Assembly: GCA_965222075.1 (NCBI GenBank)
Contig: OZ244937.1
Span: forward strand, 1,856,001-1,920,000
From: Candidatus Latescibacterota bacterium
GTDB taxonomy: Bacteria > Latescibacterota > UBA2968 > GCA-2709665
Length of the DNA: 64,000 nt
Direction: 5' to 3'
The position numbers and the translations under genes were made by a program. Under the pieces are notes generated by a model that was given only the letters and a program-made list of their open reading frames with translations, was not told where the DNA came from and searched no databases. This document shows, piece after piece, positions 10,818 to 19,621 of the stretch. How positions within the stretch are numbered: position 1 is the stretch's first letter; each line of letters starts with the position of its first letter.

Positions 10818-11768
10818 TTAGACCTGCACGGCCAGTTGGTCTAGTAACTGACGGATATTCCGCTCATTCCCCGCAATAAATACGGGAGCCAATGCTCCGC
10901 GGCCATGCAGGGCCTGGATCAGGAAATCAATTTGGAGCATCTTTTCTTCAGGTTTCTTGCAGTTGGGCCATTTTTTAAGGAACAGATGTGCAGGGAATGG
11001 GTGGCCTGTTCTCAGTTTGAGACTCGAAACTTCCTTCTTCCACATCTGCCACTTAAAGATGTGGCCGCATCCATGGCAGAGCAGTTTCTCATCGCGCCGT
11101 TTCAGTGACTTACGAAAGTTTCTCCATCGGCGCCGGTAATCACAATGCGGACAGTGAAGGTAGCCTCCCGAATGCACGGCCGTCTTCCCGCATTTGGGGC
11201 AGAGGAACTCACGGTTTGCAGAGGAGGCTTTGCGTTCACCGTCATTATTCGCATCCCAGCGATTGCTTTGGAAATTCGGTCTTCGGATAAGAGATCCGCA
11301 CTCTGGGCAGGGAAGACGAAGCCGACGAGTAACTGATTGCCGATATTGGCGGGTCGCCCAAGATTTTCCGCACTGGCATTCCAGCCGATTTGTTTCAGCG
11401 TTCAATTTCAACATGGAATAGCAGTCGAAGCAGTGAGGGGTTTCCCGAAGGGCATCCCGGCAGTCGCTCCACAAGAGACGTTTCAGGCAACAAGAGCAGT
11501 GGAACCAGCCCGACCGATAAGTCTTTTCGGAAGAAAGACTGACGCTTTCCGCTGGTGACAATATGTTTCTGCGTTTCACGTTCGTCCCGCATTGAGGACA
11601 AGGGACTTCGCCATATTCAATGGCACGAGCTACAGCTACGACATCCCTGCACCGAGCATACAAGCCCCAGCCTACTTCGAGTAGAAGTTCATCATCATAT
11701 ACGCCGATGCGAGAAAGCCTGTAAAGACGGCCAATTTCCACTGGCTTTATGCGAGGTGCCCATTTCAT
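10818..11768 (-). CDS. Multi-zinc-ribbon hypothetical protein
   Basis: CPQC, CSCC, CFDC, CQC, CPEC, CPKC, CPHC and CHGC. The native ATG (11768) lies within the IS1595 TSD. Confidence 0.7.
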   Translation of the reverse strand: MKWAPRIKPVEIGRLYRLSRIGVYDDELLLEVGWGLYARCRDVVAVARAIEYGEVPCPQCGTNVKRRNILSPAESVSLSSEKTYRSGWFHCSCCLKRLLWSDCRDALRETPHCFDCYSMLKLNAETNRLECQCGKSWATRQYRQSVTRRLRLPCPECGSLIRRPNFQSNRWDANNDGERKASSANREFLCPKCGKTAVHSGGYLHCPHCDYRRRWRNFRKSLKRRDEKLLCHGCGHIFKWQMWKKEVSSLKLRTGHPFPAHLFLKKWPNCKKPEEKMLQIDFLIQALHGRGALAPVFIAGNERNIRQLLDQLAVQV

Positions 11769-11802
11769 TAGGGACTTATATACTTGGCTAAGCACTCCTT
11801 TA

Positions 11803-11970
11803 TTATCCCCTTCTCCGCTCTCTCAGCATCTCGTTCGTCTCCGGCTTACCGTCCATCAATGCCCTCGCTAAAGCAGACGCCCGCTCATCCAACTCCTCCA
11901 AACTCAAACCACTATCCAACTCCACATCCTCAACAACCCCCTCCTTCTTTACGTCCTTCGTAGCACCCAT
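11803..11970 (-). CDS. 55-aa hypothetical protein (MGATK...), third gene of the TA operon
   Basis: RBS AAGGAGG before ATG 11970. A truncated MGATK ORF also follows the second TA module. Confidence 0.6.
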   Translation of the reverse strand: MGATKDVKKEGVVEDVELDSGLSLEELDERASALARALMDGKPETNEMLRERRRG

Positions 11971-11980
11971 GACAACCTCC

Positions 11981-12328
11981 TTATCTCCTCCTATAAACCC
12001 TTTGACGCTTCTCCATATGAACCACATGAACCTCCCCACCAACCCTCTTATAGAAAATCCTGTAATTACCCCTCCTGACCCTAAATACAGGATCATTAGC
12101 AGGACGACCCTTTACCTTAACCGACCCCTTCCTGTTATTAGGATCTCTGAGAGATTCGATCTTTTCAATAGCCAAACGCCTGACATTAGGTTGCAAGCCT
12201 TCCTCAATAAACTTAGCAACAGCATCCCGAATAACTATCTCTTGCCCTCCCAACACCTCCGGCTTCGGTTGCTCCGAAACCTTCTCTTCCCTATCCTTCC
12301 TCCCACCCCTCCGCCGAGCCTCATTCAC
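11981..12328 (-). CDS. RelE/ParE-superfamily toxin
   Basis: IEKIESLRDP...VKVKG...FRVRRGNYRIFY...R.RVY; basic 115-aa protein overlapping the upstream gene. Confidence 0.82.
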   Translation of the reverse strand: MNEARRRGGRKDREEKVSEQPKPEVLGGQEIVIRDAVAKFIEEGLQPNVRRLAIEKIESLRDPNNRKGSVKVKGRPANDPVFRVRRGNYRIFYKRVGGEVHVVHMEKRQRVYRRR

Positions 12329-12543
12329 CGCTCACCTCCACCCCTCTTCATCCTATCAAAAAACCGACGGGTCTCCCCAACGGATAACATCCTACTCTTT
12401 CCAGTACGAAGGTCTTCATCAATCTGCAATGACAAAGACAGATCCCGCGCCTCCTCACCCCTATCCTCCTGAATCACGTCTTCAGGACGCCCACCCCGTA
12501 AAACAAAATTAATCAACCGCATTGCACCACTCTTAGCACCCAT
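12325..12543 (-). CDS. Putative antitoxin (unrecognised family)
   Basis: 72 aa, upstream of and overlapping the toxin, with RBS AAGGAGG. Paralog of 24059-24274 (shared SLQIDED.RTGK.RMLS). Confidence 0.65.
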   Translation of the reverse strand: MGAKSGAMRLINFVLRGGRPEDVIQEDRGEEARDLSLSLQIDEDLRTGKSRMLSVGETRRFFDRMKRGGGER

Positions 12544-12599
12544 AACACCCTCCTTTTCTCTTTTGCATCTTTCACCACATAAACAAACCGACAAAGAAA

Positions 12600-12644
12600 T
12601 TTATACAAAACTTATTGACTTTTGTCAATCTCTATCACTATATT
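12600..12644. promoter_or_regulatory. Back-to-back sigma70 promoters sharing the palindrome TTGAC-N4-GTCAA (12615-12628)
   Basis: Minus strand: TTGACA-17-TATAAA toward the TA module. Plus strand: TTGACT-18-TATATT toward 12651. Confidence 0.6.
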
Positions 12645-12650
12645 ACCCAC

Positions 12651-12781
12651 GTCTTCATACTGGCAGACCCGCAATGTCGGGTAGCCTACCAAATACAATA
12701 GCCGACTTATCAAGGTAAGGGTAGCTCCCGAACCTGGCAAATACGTAGGGCCTTCCCGCATACCTCTGCGAGTATGGAGAC
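12651..12781 (+). ncRNA. Candidate structured RNA or 5' leader
   Basis: Ends GTCTTCATACTGGCAGA and TCTGCGAGTATGGAGAC pair at 16/17 positions (one G-U). Internal hairpins present. Begins at the predicted transcription start. Confidence 0.4.
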
Positions 12782-12846
12782 AACTACCCGGCACCCTATG
12801 CAGGGGTGCCGAAAGTTGTTCACTCTCCACGACGGAGGTAACAGGG

Positions 12847-13315
12847 ATGAGACTAATAGCATTGGTTTGCCGCATGCTCGGTAGCCCTCACAGGCTGTGG
12901 AGCGCTCTTTGTCGGTACGACGCAGACCATTAGCATCAACTCATCACCGACTAACAGCGAGGTGAAAATTGATGAAGGAATCTTCACAACTCCAACATCG
13001 GTAGAACTCGCTCGAAATAAGAGCTATACAGTAACCATATCCAAAGAAGGATACGAAACAAAGTCGGTCAAACTCAACAGACAAGTTAGCGGGAAGATAG
13101 TCATACTGGACATCTTAGCAGGTATTGTTCCCATAGTGATAGATATGGCAATGGGAACATGGTACGAACTGAAACCAAGCACCATAAATGTCAACCTGTC
13201 CAGCAAGCAATCAGGCAAGCAGGACATACCCGTGAACCTCAGTGCAATAGACCGAGGGCAACTGAAGATTAACTCATCGGAACCCGTAACGGTCAAGGTA
13301 GAAGCCCTCGAATAA
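12847..13315 (+). pseudogene. PEGA-domain lipoprotein, frameshifted in the signal peptide
   Basis: RBS GGAGGT plus ATG 12847 (MRLIALV) is out of frame with the lipobox LTGC and the PEGA-like ISINSSP..EVKID...TP...YTVTISKEGYE. Confidence 0.65.
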
Positions 13316-13410
13316 ATAACCCTGGTGGGTAAAGTGGTATGGGCGATCCCGATAATCGCCCATACCAAATCACATGCCAGAATGCTGAAACATCCGAAAG
13401 GAGAACGAAA

Positions 13411-13608
13411 ATGAGCAAGGCAAAACGTGAAAATTCAAAGGTAGCTGAAATCCTGTCAAAGCAACCCGGAAAAGAAGCAGAAATTAACATCCTCGCTGAT
13501 AAAATGGATCTAACCGAATACGAAGCACGGGGATGTATTGACCAGTCCCGATATAAAGGATATAAGATTGAAAACTCTGACAGACGTATGTTCAAATTAG
13601 AAGATTAA
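13411..13608 (+). CDS. Small winged-HTH-like protein
   Basis: RBS AAGGAG; ILADKMDLTEYEARGCIDQSRYKGYKI resembles an HTH. The stop codon overlaps the IS630 target site. Confidence 0.5.
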   Translation: MSKAKRENSKVAEILSKQPGKEAEINILADKMDLTEYEARGCIDQSRYKGYKIENSDRRMFKLED

Positions 13609-13669
13609 GTAGTCGCGCATGAATTTTTTGGTATAATGGGGCTTCGGAAGTCGTATATTAGAGAACCGA

Positions 13670-13694
13670 CCTGCCTGTGCCGAAGGCAGACAGG
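13670..13694. repeat. CCTGCCTG...CAGACAGG mini-palindrome (25 bp)
   Basis: CCTGCCTGTGCCGAAGGCAGACAGG inside the IS630 left end. Confidence 0.85.
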
Positions 13695-13732
13695 TATGAA
13701 AGGGTTCAACACGACGTCAATGGAGGTTCTCT

Positions 13733-14775
13733 ATGAAAGTTGCGACGAAGTTTGTATCCGCCTTAAGTCCAGATCAGATCCAACACCTTGAAGATTTAGC
13801 GGAACGTGATTCGGTCAGGCGAGTTCGAATGCGAGCCCATAGCATTTTACTCAGTTCAAGGGGTTCGAGCATGGATGAGATTGCCAGGATATACCAAGTG
13901 CATCGCGATACGGTTTCTTCCTGGATTGACAATTTTGAGCACCTTGGAGTGGATGGATTGAGAGATAAGCCTCGAAGTGGGGGTCCTCCCAAGTTAAATG
14001 AGCAAGAAAAAGAAGTGGCAAAAGAGCTCCTCAAGACCCATTCCAACGCGCCTTCAATGGTCTTAGCCCTCTTAAGCGAGAAAACGGGAAAAACCATCAG
14101 CCGTTCCAGCTTAAGACGGATTGCGAAAGGGGCAGGCCTGCGTTGGAAACGCGTGAGAAAATCGCTTAAAACCAAACGAGATGATGAGGCGTTTGATCAG
14201 GCGAAAAAAGAGATTGAAGGGTTAAAAAAAACATCAATCCAGAACGCTTGACCTGTATTACTTTGACGAAGCTGGATTTTCTTTGGATCCGAGTATTCCC
14301 TACGCCTGGCAGCCTGTAGGTGAAACCATAGAGGTGCCTGTCGCCAAGAGCAAACGCCTCAATGTTCTGGGATTTCTCAACACAGACAATGACCTCACTC
14401 CTTTCTGCGTGGAGGGCAGCGTTACGAGTGACATTGTGATCGGATGTTTTGATCTTTTTACCTGCCTGTGCGTGCGGGCACGCACGCAGACAGGGCGAGA
14501 CGATCACCAAAAAAACCGTGGTTATTATTGACAATGCGCCCATCCACACAAGTCAGGCGTTTCAGAAAAGGGTGCCCATCTGGAAAAAGAAGGGCTTGGT
14601 CCTCTATTTTTTACCCGGATACGCACCCGAACTCAACCTCATCGAAATCTTGTGGCGTTTTATCAAGTATTGGTGGTTGCCCTTTTCAGCCTACCTAAAT
14701 TTCCGTGCTTTGGTTGAGGCTGTTGAAGATATTCTGGTGAATGTGGGATCGAAATATAAAATCGCTTTCCAGTAA
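13733..14775 (+). pseudogene. IS630 transposase (OrfA/OrfB, -1 frameshift at A8 14224-14231), disrupted by a 34-bp palindrome insertion
   Basis: HTH (RMRAHSILLS, DKPRSGGP), YFDEAGF, IIDNAPIH and PELNLIEILW. The insert at 14461-14494 shifts the frame. Confidence 0.88.
14461..14494. repeat. CCTGCCTG...CAGACAGG mini-palindrome (34 bp)
   Basis: Removing it restores the reading frame DLFSETITKKTVVIIDNA. Confidence 0.9.
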
Positions 14776-14848
14776 ACCATTCAATATGCCACAAAACTCA
14801 TAGACAACTACTTAACTTCCATTTAACCCACAACAACGGAGGCCCAAA

Positions 14849-15076
14849 ATGCCCCGTTTCTTACTCGAAGCCTTCAACGTGGAATTAGACCTTGATCTTG
14901 GAGCTGTCGTTTTATCTCTTCGGGGGTCCGACGAAGTGGACGCATCAGGTACCATCCAGATAGATTTAGATCCACCTCCGCCGAACTCTTACATTTTTCA
15001 GGACTTGGAGGGTGGTAAGAACCTCGCTCGACAACTTCAAGAGGCGATTCAGACTTTAGAGTCTTTAAGTTCGTAG
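14849..15076 (+). CDS. Hypothetical protein (75 aa), IS1595 cargo
   Basis: RBS GGAGG; converges on the transposase stop codon. Confidence 0.55.
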   Translation: MPRFLLEAFNVELDLDLGAVVLSLRGSDEVDASGTIQIDLDPPPPNSYIFQDLEGGKNLARQLQEAIQTLESLSS

Positions 15077-16030
15077 TCATGCAGTCAACTCCTTATATTT
15101 AAGGCGCTTGCCTACCATGTGCTCCGCAACATAAGCCATCTGGTCTATCGTATCCATATTGCGAACGTTGTGCCTGCCCGAAAACTCATTAACATACCGA
15201 CCCAAATGATCAACGCTCATCTTGTGAAACGTCCCATGATAACCACGCTTGAGCATACTCCAAAATGATTCCAAGCCATTCGTATGGGCTTGGCCATCCA
15301 CATACTCGCCTACGGAGTGCTTAACAACCTCGTGTTGAACACCCTCCAAACCCTTGTAAGCCATAGCCTCATCTGTATAAACAGGCGTCCCATCCTTAGC
15401 ATGCGCATAGACAAAAGCCTTTAAGGTCGGGCCGTCTGTGGACTCTACCACCACAGCATCAATACGGTTTGTTATCCGATCTTTAGCGCCCACAACTGCT
15501 GTCTTACCTACCGTACCACGACCCGCGTTCAACTTCTTTTTCGCATGCTTGTTTTTCTCCAGGCCACCAATATAGGTCTCATCCACCTCGATGGGTCCAT
15601 AAAACAAGGACTTTCCTTCCTCCCACGCCTCGCGTATACGATGGGCCATAAACCAAGCGGTCTTTTGTGTGACCTTCAAATCTCTATGGAGCTTCATACT
15701 GGAAACACCCTTCAAACTGGATACATGCAGGTAAATCCCTATTACCCACTTCCTCAACGGTATCTTAGAACGCTCCATTACCGTCCCCGTCCGTACACTA
15801 AAATGACGTCGGCAGTCACCACACCAAAAGGGCATGGGCTTGCCCGAAGAGACAGCATTAACCTTGTCGCAACCTCCGCAACGGGGGCAGCACAAGCCTT
15901 CGCGGTCAGCACCCCACCTGCAATCTTCAAACCACGATACTGCCGACGCCTCATCAGGAAAACGATCATCAAGCAACTCAATAAGGGAGATTCCCTTGCG
16001 ATAATGCTTACCAGGTGCCTTCTGCGGCAT
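15077..16030 (-). CDS. IS1595-family DDE transposase
   Basis: Zn ribbon CPRC..CGDC, SSMKLHRDL..QKTAWFM.HRIR, EVDETYIGG, YTDE, HTNGLESFW and YVNEF. Confidence 0.95.
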   Translation of the reverse strand: MPQKAPGKHYRKGISLIELLDDRFPDEASAVSWFEDCRWGADREGLCCPRCGGCDKVNAVSSGKPMPFWCGDCRRHFSVRTGTVMERSKIPLRKWVIGIYLHVSSLKGVSSMKLHRDLKVTQKTAWFMAHRIREAWEEGKSLFYGPIEVDETYIGGLEKNKHAKKKLNAGRGTVGKTAVVGAKDRITNRIDAVVVESTDGPTLKAFVYAHAKDGTPVYTDEAMAYKGLEGVQHEVVKHSVGEYVDGQAHTNGLESFWSMLKRGYHGTFHKMSVDHLGRYVNEFSGRHNVRNMDTIDQMAYVAEHMVGKRLKYKELTA

Positions 16031-16249
16031 GATAACACCCCTCGACTTTACAGGTTATGTGTTAATAATATCAACAACTTACACCTATAATATAACACAC
16101 TTACCCTGCTTAGTCAAGTATATAATTCCCTTTCATTATTATCTCCGGATACCAGCATCCATACTCTTTGGGCAACATCCGCCACTGGAGTTGCCCCGGT
16201 TCACCGCAGAGACGCGGAGGAACGCATCGTCAAGCTCGTCGGTCTCGAT

Positions 16250-16607
16250 CTTTTACCTCAGAAGCTACTTTGTCAACCACCAGCATATGATGCACTACGA
16301 CATCTACCTCAAAAAAGGCTATCCGACCTGCCTGTGTGTTGCACGCAGACAGGTCTCTACAGGCGTGGTCGAAGGCACCTGCGGCTCGCTGGTCAAAGAC
16401 CGGATGGAGAACAGCGGCATGCGCTGGTCCATCACCGGTGCTCAGGCTGTCTTGGCACAACGTGCGGTCGTGAAAAATGGCGACTGGGGTGACTTCTGGA
16501 ACTACTACATCGACTCCCAAAGAGAGCGGCTCTATCCAACTGTGTACCAGAGAGTCCATCTATACGAAAAAACCGCTTAAACTCGCCCGTAAAATCTTAC
16601 ACACTCA
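16250..16607 (+). pseudogene. ISKra4-family transposase 3' remnant
   Basis: YF.NHQHMMHY..YLKKGYP(I)STGVVEGTCGSLVKDRMENSGMRWS..GAQA.L..R. Confidence 0.8.
16327..16353. repeat. CCTGCCTG...CAGACAGG mini-palindrome (27 bp, in frame)
   Basis: Removing it restores GYPISTGVVEG. Confidence 0.9.
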
Positions 16608-16634
16608 AATCACTTTCTCGTTTTTTATTTTTAC

Positions 16635-17117
16635 TCACACCCTTACTTCAGTGCGTTTAGCAGCGATACGCCCAAGTGACCAGTCAGCTCGACGACGTAC
16701 CTCGGCATCATCATCAGTGCGAAGCCTTTCAAGAGTATCTTTCAAACGTGAATCTAAAACTGGAAGTAATCCAAGTGTCGTCGTCGCTTTTCGTCTCACA
16801 CGGACACTTGTATCTTCAAGCGCACGTTTGGCAACCAATCCCACAGTATCTACATCTAAAGGGACGGTCTTGCATTGATCACATACAATTGAGTGCAACG
16901 CATGACGGCGGACATCAGCAATTGGATCTTCTAAGGCCCGGGCAAGGGGCTCAGCACATCGTTCATCTGAAATATGATCCATCAAAGCAGCACAACTCTT
17001 CCGAATTCTCCAATTCTCGTGCCCCAATCCAGCGATCAATGCTTCCACGGTTTGTAAATCCGCCTTCTGCAATGTGGAATAGGCGGCATAACGCTTAGAC
17101 CAATCCTCGGAGCCCAA
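16635..17117 (-). CDS. HEAT-repeat (PBS lyase-like) protein
   Basis: Repeats LIAGLGHENWRIR..CA, LARALEDPIADVRRHA, ALEDTSVRVRRKA and DDDAEVRRRA. Start uncertain (TTG). Confidence 0.75.
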   Translation of the reverse strand: MGSEDWSKRYAAYSTLQKADLQTVEALIAGLGHENWRIRKSCAALMDHISDERCAEPLARALEDPIADVRRHALHSIVCDQCKTVPLDVDTVGLVAKRALEDTSVRVRRKATTTLGLLPVLDSRLKDTLERLRTDDDAEVRRRADWSLGRIAAKRTEVRV

Positions 17118-17234
17118 TTGCTCAATCAGGCGTGAAATTCTTGGGATTATATCCGTCTCCTTTCAGACAATAGTTCGGACACTTTTTGCAATTTCGGCCT
17201 AATTTGGGAAACATTACTTCTCTAAGTCTTTAAA

Positions 17235-17247
17235 AATCAACAGGTTA
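17235..17247 (+). promoter_or_regulatory. IHF consensus site near the right end of the island
   Basis: AATCAACAGGTTA matches WATCAANNNNTTR within an AT-rich non-coding stretch. Confidence 0.5.
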
Positions 17248-17698
17248 TCCATTTTGATTATAAATTTCATAAATTTATAGAAAACAATAAGTTACAAAAA
17301 CTGTTCACAGTATTGTTCAGACAGGTAAATGACTTGAACCGTCTTTCAAGTTCGAACGATCCGAGAATTCGCATAGAATATGGCCTTAAAATTCTGTAAA
17401 ATCAAGTCCCCCCCCTCCCCCTTTTCCATCCTTCAACCGGCCAAAAATGGATGTAATTAATTGTTATTAAACACTCTACGAGAATCATATAAAAATGTAA
17501 GTTTCTGGAGATTTCTTCGATGCAATGGCTTGCAAGCCCTGTGATGGGATAAGTTGGGGGAACCTATCTGAAGTGCCAATTATACATCTGGAGGTCCCTC
17601 CTGTTGGGGGTTGGCTGCCTCGTTTGGTGATACTTACAAGGTAGCCTTAGGACCTCCTTTCTCCTATTTAAAGTCACACATCGCGTTAGTTTTGCATG

Positions 17699-17839
17699 AA
17701 CCGGATCGAGGTCGACCGGCTGCCCGGAATGACCGTCCAGGACGGCTACGTCAAGCTCCAGTACTTCCCCAACTGGGGAATCCCCGGCGGGCTGGACTTC
17801 CGGATTGTCAATTCGGTGCACACATCGGCACCCTGAAAA
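17699..17839 (+). repeat. Direct repeat copy 2 (displaced lyase 3' end; attR-like)
   Basis: Matches 9208-9348 and is followed ~20 bp later by the next gene's start. Confidence 0.95.
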
Positions 17840-17856
17840 ATCGAAAAGGAGTTCCC

Positions 17857-18771
17857 ATGTCAAGCTCTCCCCTCAACATCCTCCTCGTCGGCGGCAGCGG
17901 GTTCCTCAGCGGCACCCTGGCGCGCAGGGCTGTCGCGCAGGGCCATCATGTCTGGGCCGTCACGCGGGGCCAGAGGGACCTTCTCGACGGGGTCACCGGC
18001 ATCACGGCCGACCGCCACGACCGGGACGCCTTCCAGCAGGCCATCGCCGGCGCAGGGATGGAATGGGACCTGACCGTGGACTGCATCGGGTACGACCCGG
18101 TCGATGCAAAACAGGATATCGCCGTCTTCCGGGACCTGACGCCCCATTTCGTCTTCGTCTCCACCGACTTCGTCTTCGACCCGGCCCACCGCACCTTTCC
18201 CCAGCCCGAAGAGAGCGACCACTACCTCACCAATAATACCTACGGGGCAAAAAAACGCCGCTGCGAATTGGAAATTCTCAACGGCGACACCGGCGGCATG
18301 GCCTGGACGATCCTGCGCCCCTGCCACATCTACGGACCCGGCTCTCTGCTCGGCTGCCTCCCCCTTCACAGCCGGGACCAAGACTTGATTGCTAAGCTGA
18401 AGGCCGGAGAACCGCTTCGGCTCGTCGGAGGCGGCCACTTTCTTCAGCAGCCCATCCTCGCCCGGGACCTGTCCGACCTCGTCCTCAGCTTCCACGGCAA
18501 CGAACAGACCTGCGGCGAAATCTTCTGCGCCGCCGGCCCGGACATCATCGAATCGGTGGAATACTACCGGATCATCGCCCGCATCCTGGATGCCCCGGAG
18601 CCGACCATCGAGGAAATCCCGGTAAGCCGGCACCTGACCGAACAGCCCCAATCCGTCTCCTTCGTCTGTCACCGCATCTACAGCCTGGACAAATTAGAAT
18701 CCACCGGCGCCAGCGTCCCATCAACCCCCGTTGAACAGGGCCTCCGCGAACACGTCGAAAGCCTGCTTTAA
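17857..18771 (+). CDS. NAD-dependent epimerase/dehydratase (atypical SDR)
   Basis: ILLVGGSGFLSG, FVST, YGAKK and LRPCHIYGP; RBS AAGGAG. Confidence 0.88.
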   Translation: MSSSPLNILLVGGSGFLSGTLARRAVAQGHHVWAVTRGQRDLLDGVTGITADRHDRDAFQQAIAGAGMEWDLTVDCIGYDPVDAKQDIAVFRDLTPHFVFVSTDFVFDPAHRTFPQPEESDHYLTNNTYGAKKRRCELEILNGDTGGMAWTILRPCHIYGPGSLLGCLPLHSRDQDLIAKLKAGEPLRLVGGGHFLQQPILARDLSDLVLSFHGNEQTCGEIFCAAGPDIIESVEYYRIIARILDAPEPTIEEIPVSRHLTEQPQSVSFVCHRIYSLDKLESTGASVPSTPVEQGLREHVESLL

Positions 18772-18823
18772 AAATACGGGCGACCCGCCGATCGCCCGTA
18801 CCAATTCTTCTTCGGAGATCTCC

Positions 18824-19621
18824 ATGCTAAGAATCCCCATAACCATGTGCCACGGCATCAACCCCAGGGGCGGCCCCCCCCTCACCGAAGACCATTTCGA
18901 CGTCCTGGTTCGAATCGCACACGAAATGGGATTTACATCCATCACCTACAACGACCTGGCCGCCTGGCGGGACAATGCGGGAACGCTTCCCGAGCGACCG
19001 ATCATGTTCGACTTCGACCATCCCGTGAAATCGATGCGCTACGAAATCCACAGTGTGCTCGACCGGTACGGCTACCGGGGCAACCTGTTCATTAACACCG
19101 GGCCAATGGAGCCTGGCAACAAAGCATTCGGCGCCGAGACAATGACCTGGGATGAGACCCGCGAACTGGTGGACCTGGGCTGGCACGTCGGCGCGCACAC
19201 CGTGACGCATCCGAACCTGTCCACCCTGTTCACCGAAGACCCGACCGGAGAGAAGCTGTCCTGGGAGCTTGAAACGTGCGATCATACGCTCACCGAACAC
19301 CTCGGCATCCGACCCCTGGACTTTGCCTTTACCGGCACGAGCTGGAGCAGCTTGGCCGAAAAACTGGTCATGCAGCGCTACCGGTTCGGCCGGCTGTGGA
19401 TCGTCGGCTCCGAATACGAGGCCGACGGCAAACAGGTCCGTTACGCCGACCTGGTGGGTGTAGATGGAGAAGACGAAGCGGATGGCGGTCCCCCGACGGC
19501 GGCGCGCTATATCACGCGAGATACGCCCCCTTACCGTTTGCCCTCCATGGAGATTCAGTGTTCGCTGATCTATACGCCCGAAGCGTTCAGGGCGTATCTG
19601 GAGGGCGCGTTAGGGCAATGA
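18824..19621 (+). CDS. Polysaccharide deacetylase (CE4/NodB-like)
   Basis: IMFDFDH, MTWDETRELVDLGWHVGAHTVTHPNL. Confidence 0.82.
   Translation: MLRIPITMCHGINPRGGPPLTEDHFDVLVRIAHEMGFTSITYNDLAAWRDNAGTLPERPIMFDFDHPVKSMRYEIHSVLDRYGYRGNLFINTGPMEPGNKAFGAETMTWDETRELVDLGWHVGAHTVTHPNLSTLFTEDPTGEKLSWELETCDHTLTEHLGIRPLDFAFTGTSWSSLAEKLVMQRYRFGRLWIVGSEYEADGKQVRYADLVGVDGEDEADGGPPTAARYITRDTPPYRLPSMEIQCSLIYTPEAFRAYLEGALGQ

Larger units (their letters stand above)
13606..14814 (+). mobile_element. IS630-family element nested in the IS1595 element
   Basis: Imperfect ~27-bp TIRs (TTAAGTAGTCGCGCATGAATTTTTTGG vs the reverse complement of 14789-14815) with TA target dinucleotides. Confidence 0.88.
11771..16130 (-). 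mobile_element. Complete IS1595-family cargo (transporter) element, 4360 bp
   Basis: TIRs GGGACTTATATACTTGGCTAAGCA (11771-11794) and the reverse complement of 16107-16130 match at 22/24. TSD TTTCATTA at 11763-11770 and 16131-16138. Transposase lies inside. Confidence 0.93.
9349..17698. mobile_element. Low-GC genomic island bounded by a duplicated gene 3' end
   Basis: ~140-bp flanking direct repeats, visibly AT-richer composition and several IS elements. No integrase recognised. Confidence 0.75.

Noticed and set aside
12651-12781. Retron msr-msd
   Set aside because: The terminal inverted repeat fits, but no reverse transcriptase gene lies in the element or the window.
17160-17698. Integrase or tRNA at the island end
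   Set aside because: No ORF with recombinase motifs and no cloverleaf recognised; only AT-rich non-coding DNA.
9208-17839. 138-bp repeat as a DGR template/variable repeat pair
   Set aside because: The mismatches are not adenine-specific (C/T and G/C changes occur), and no reverse transcriptase is present.
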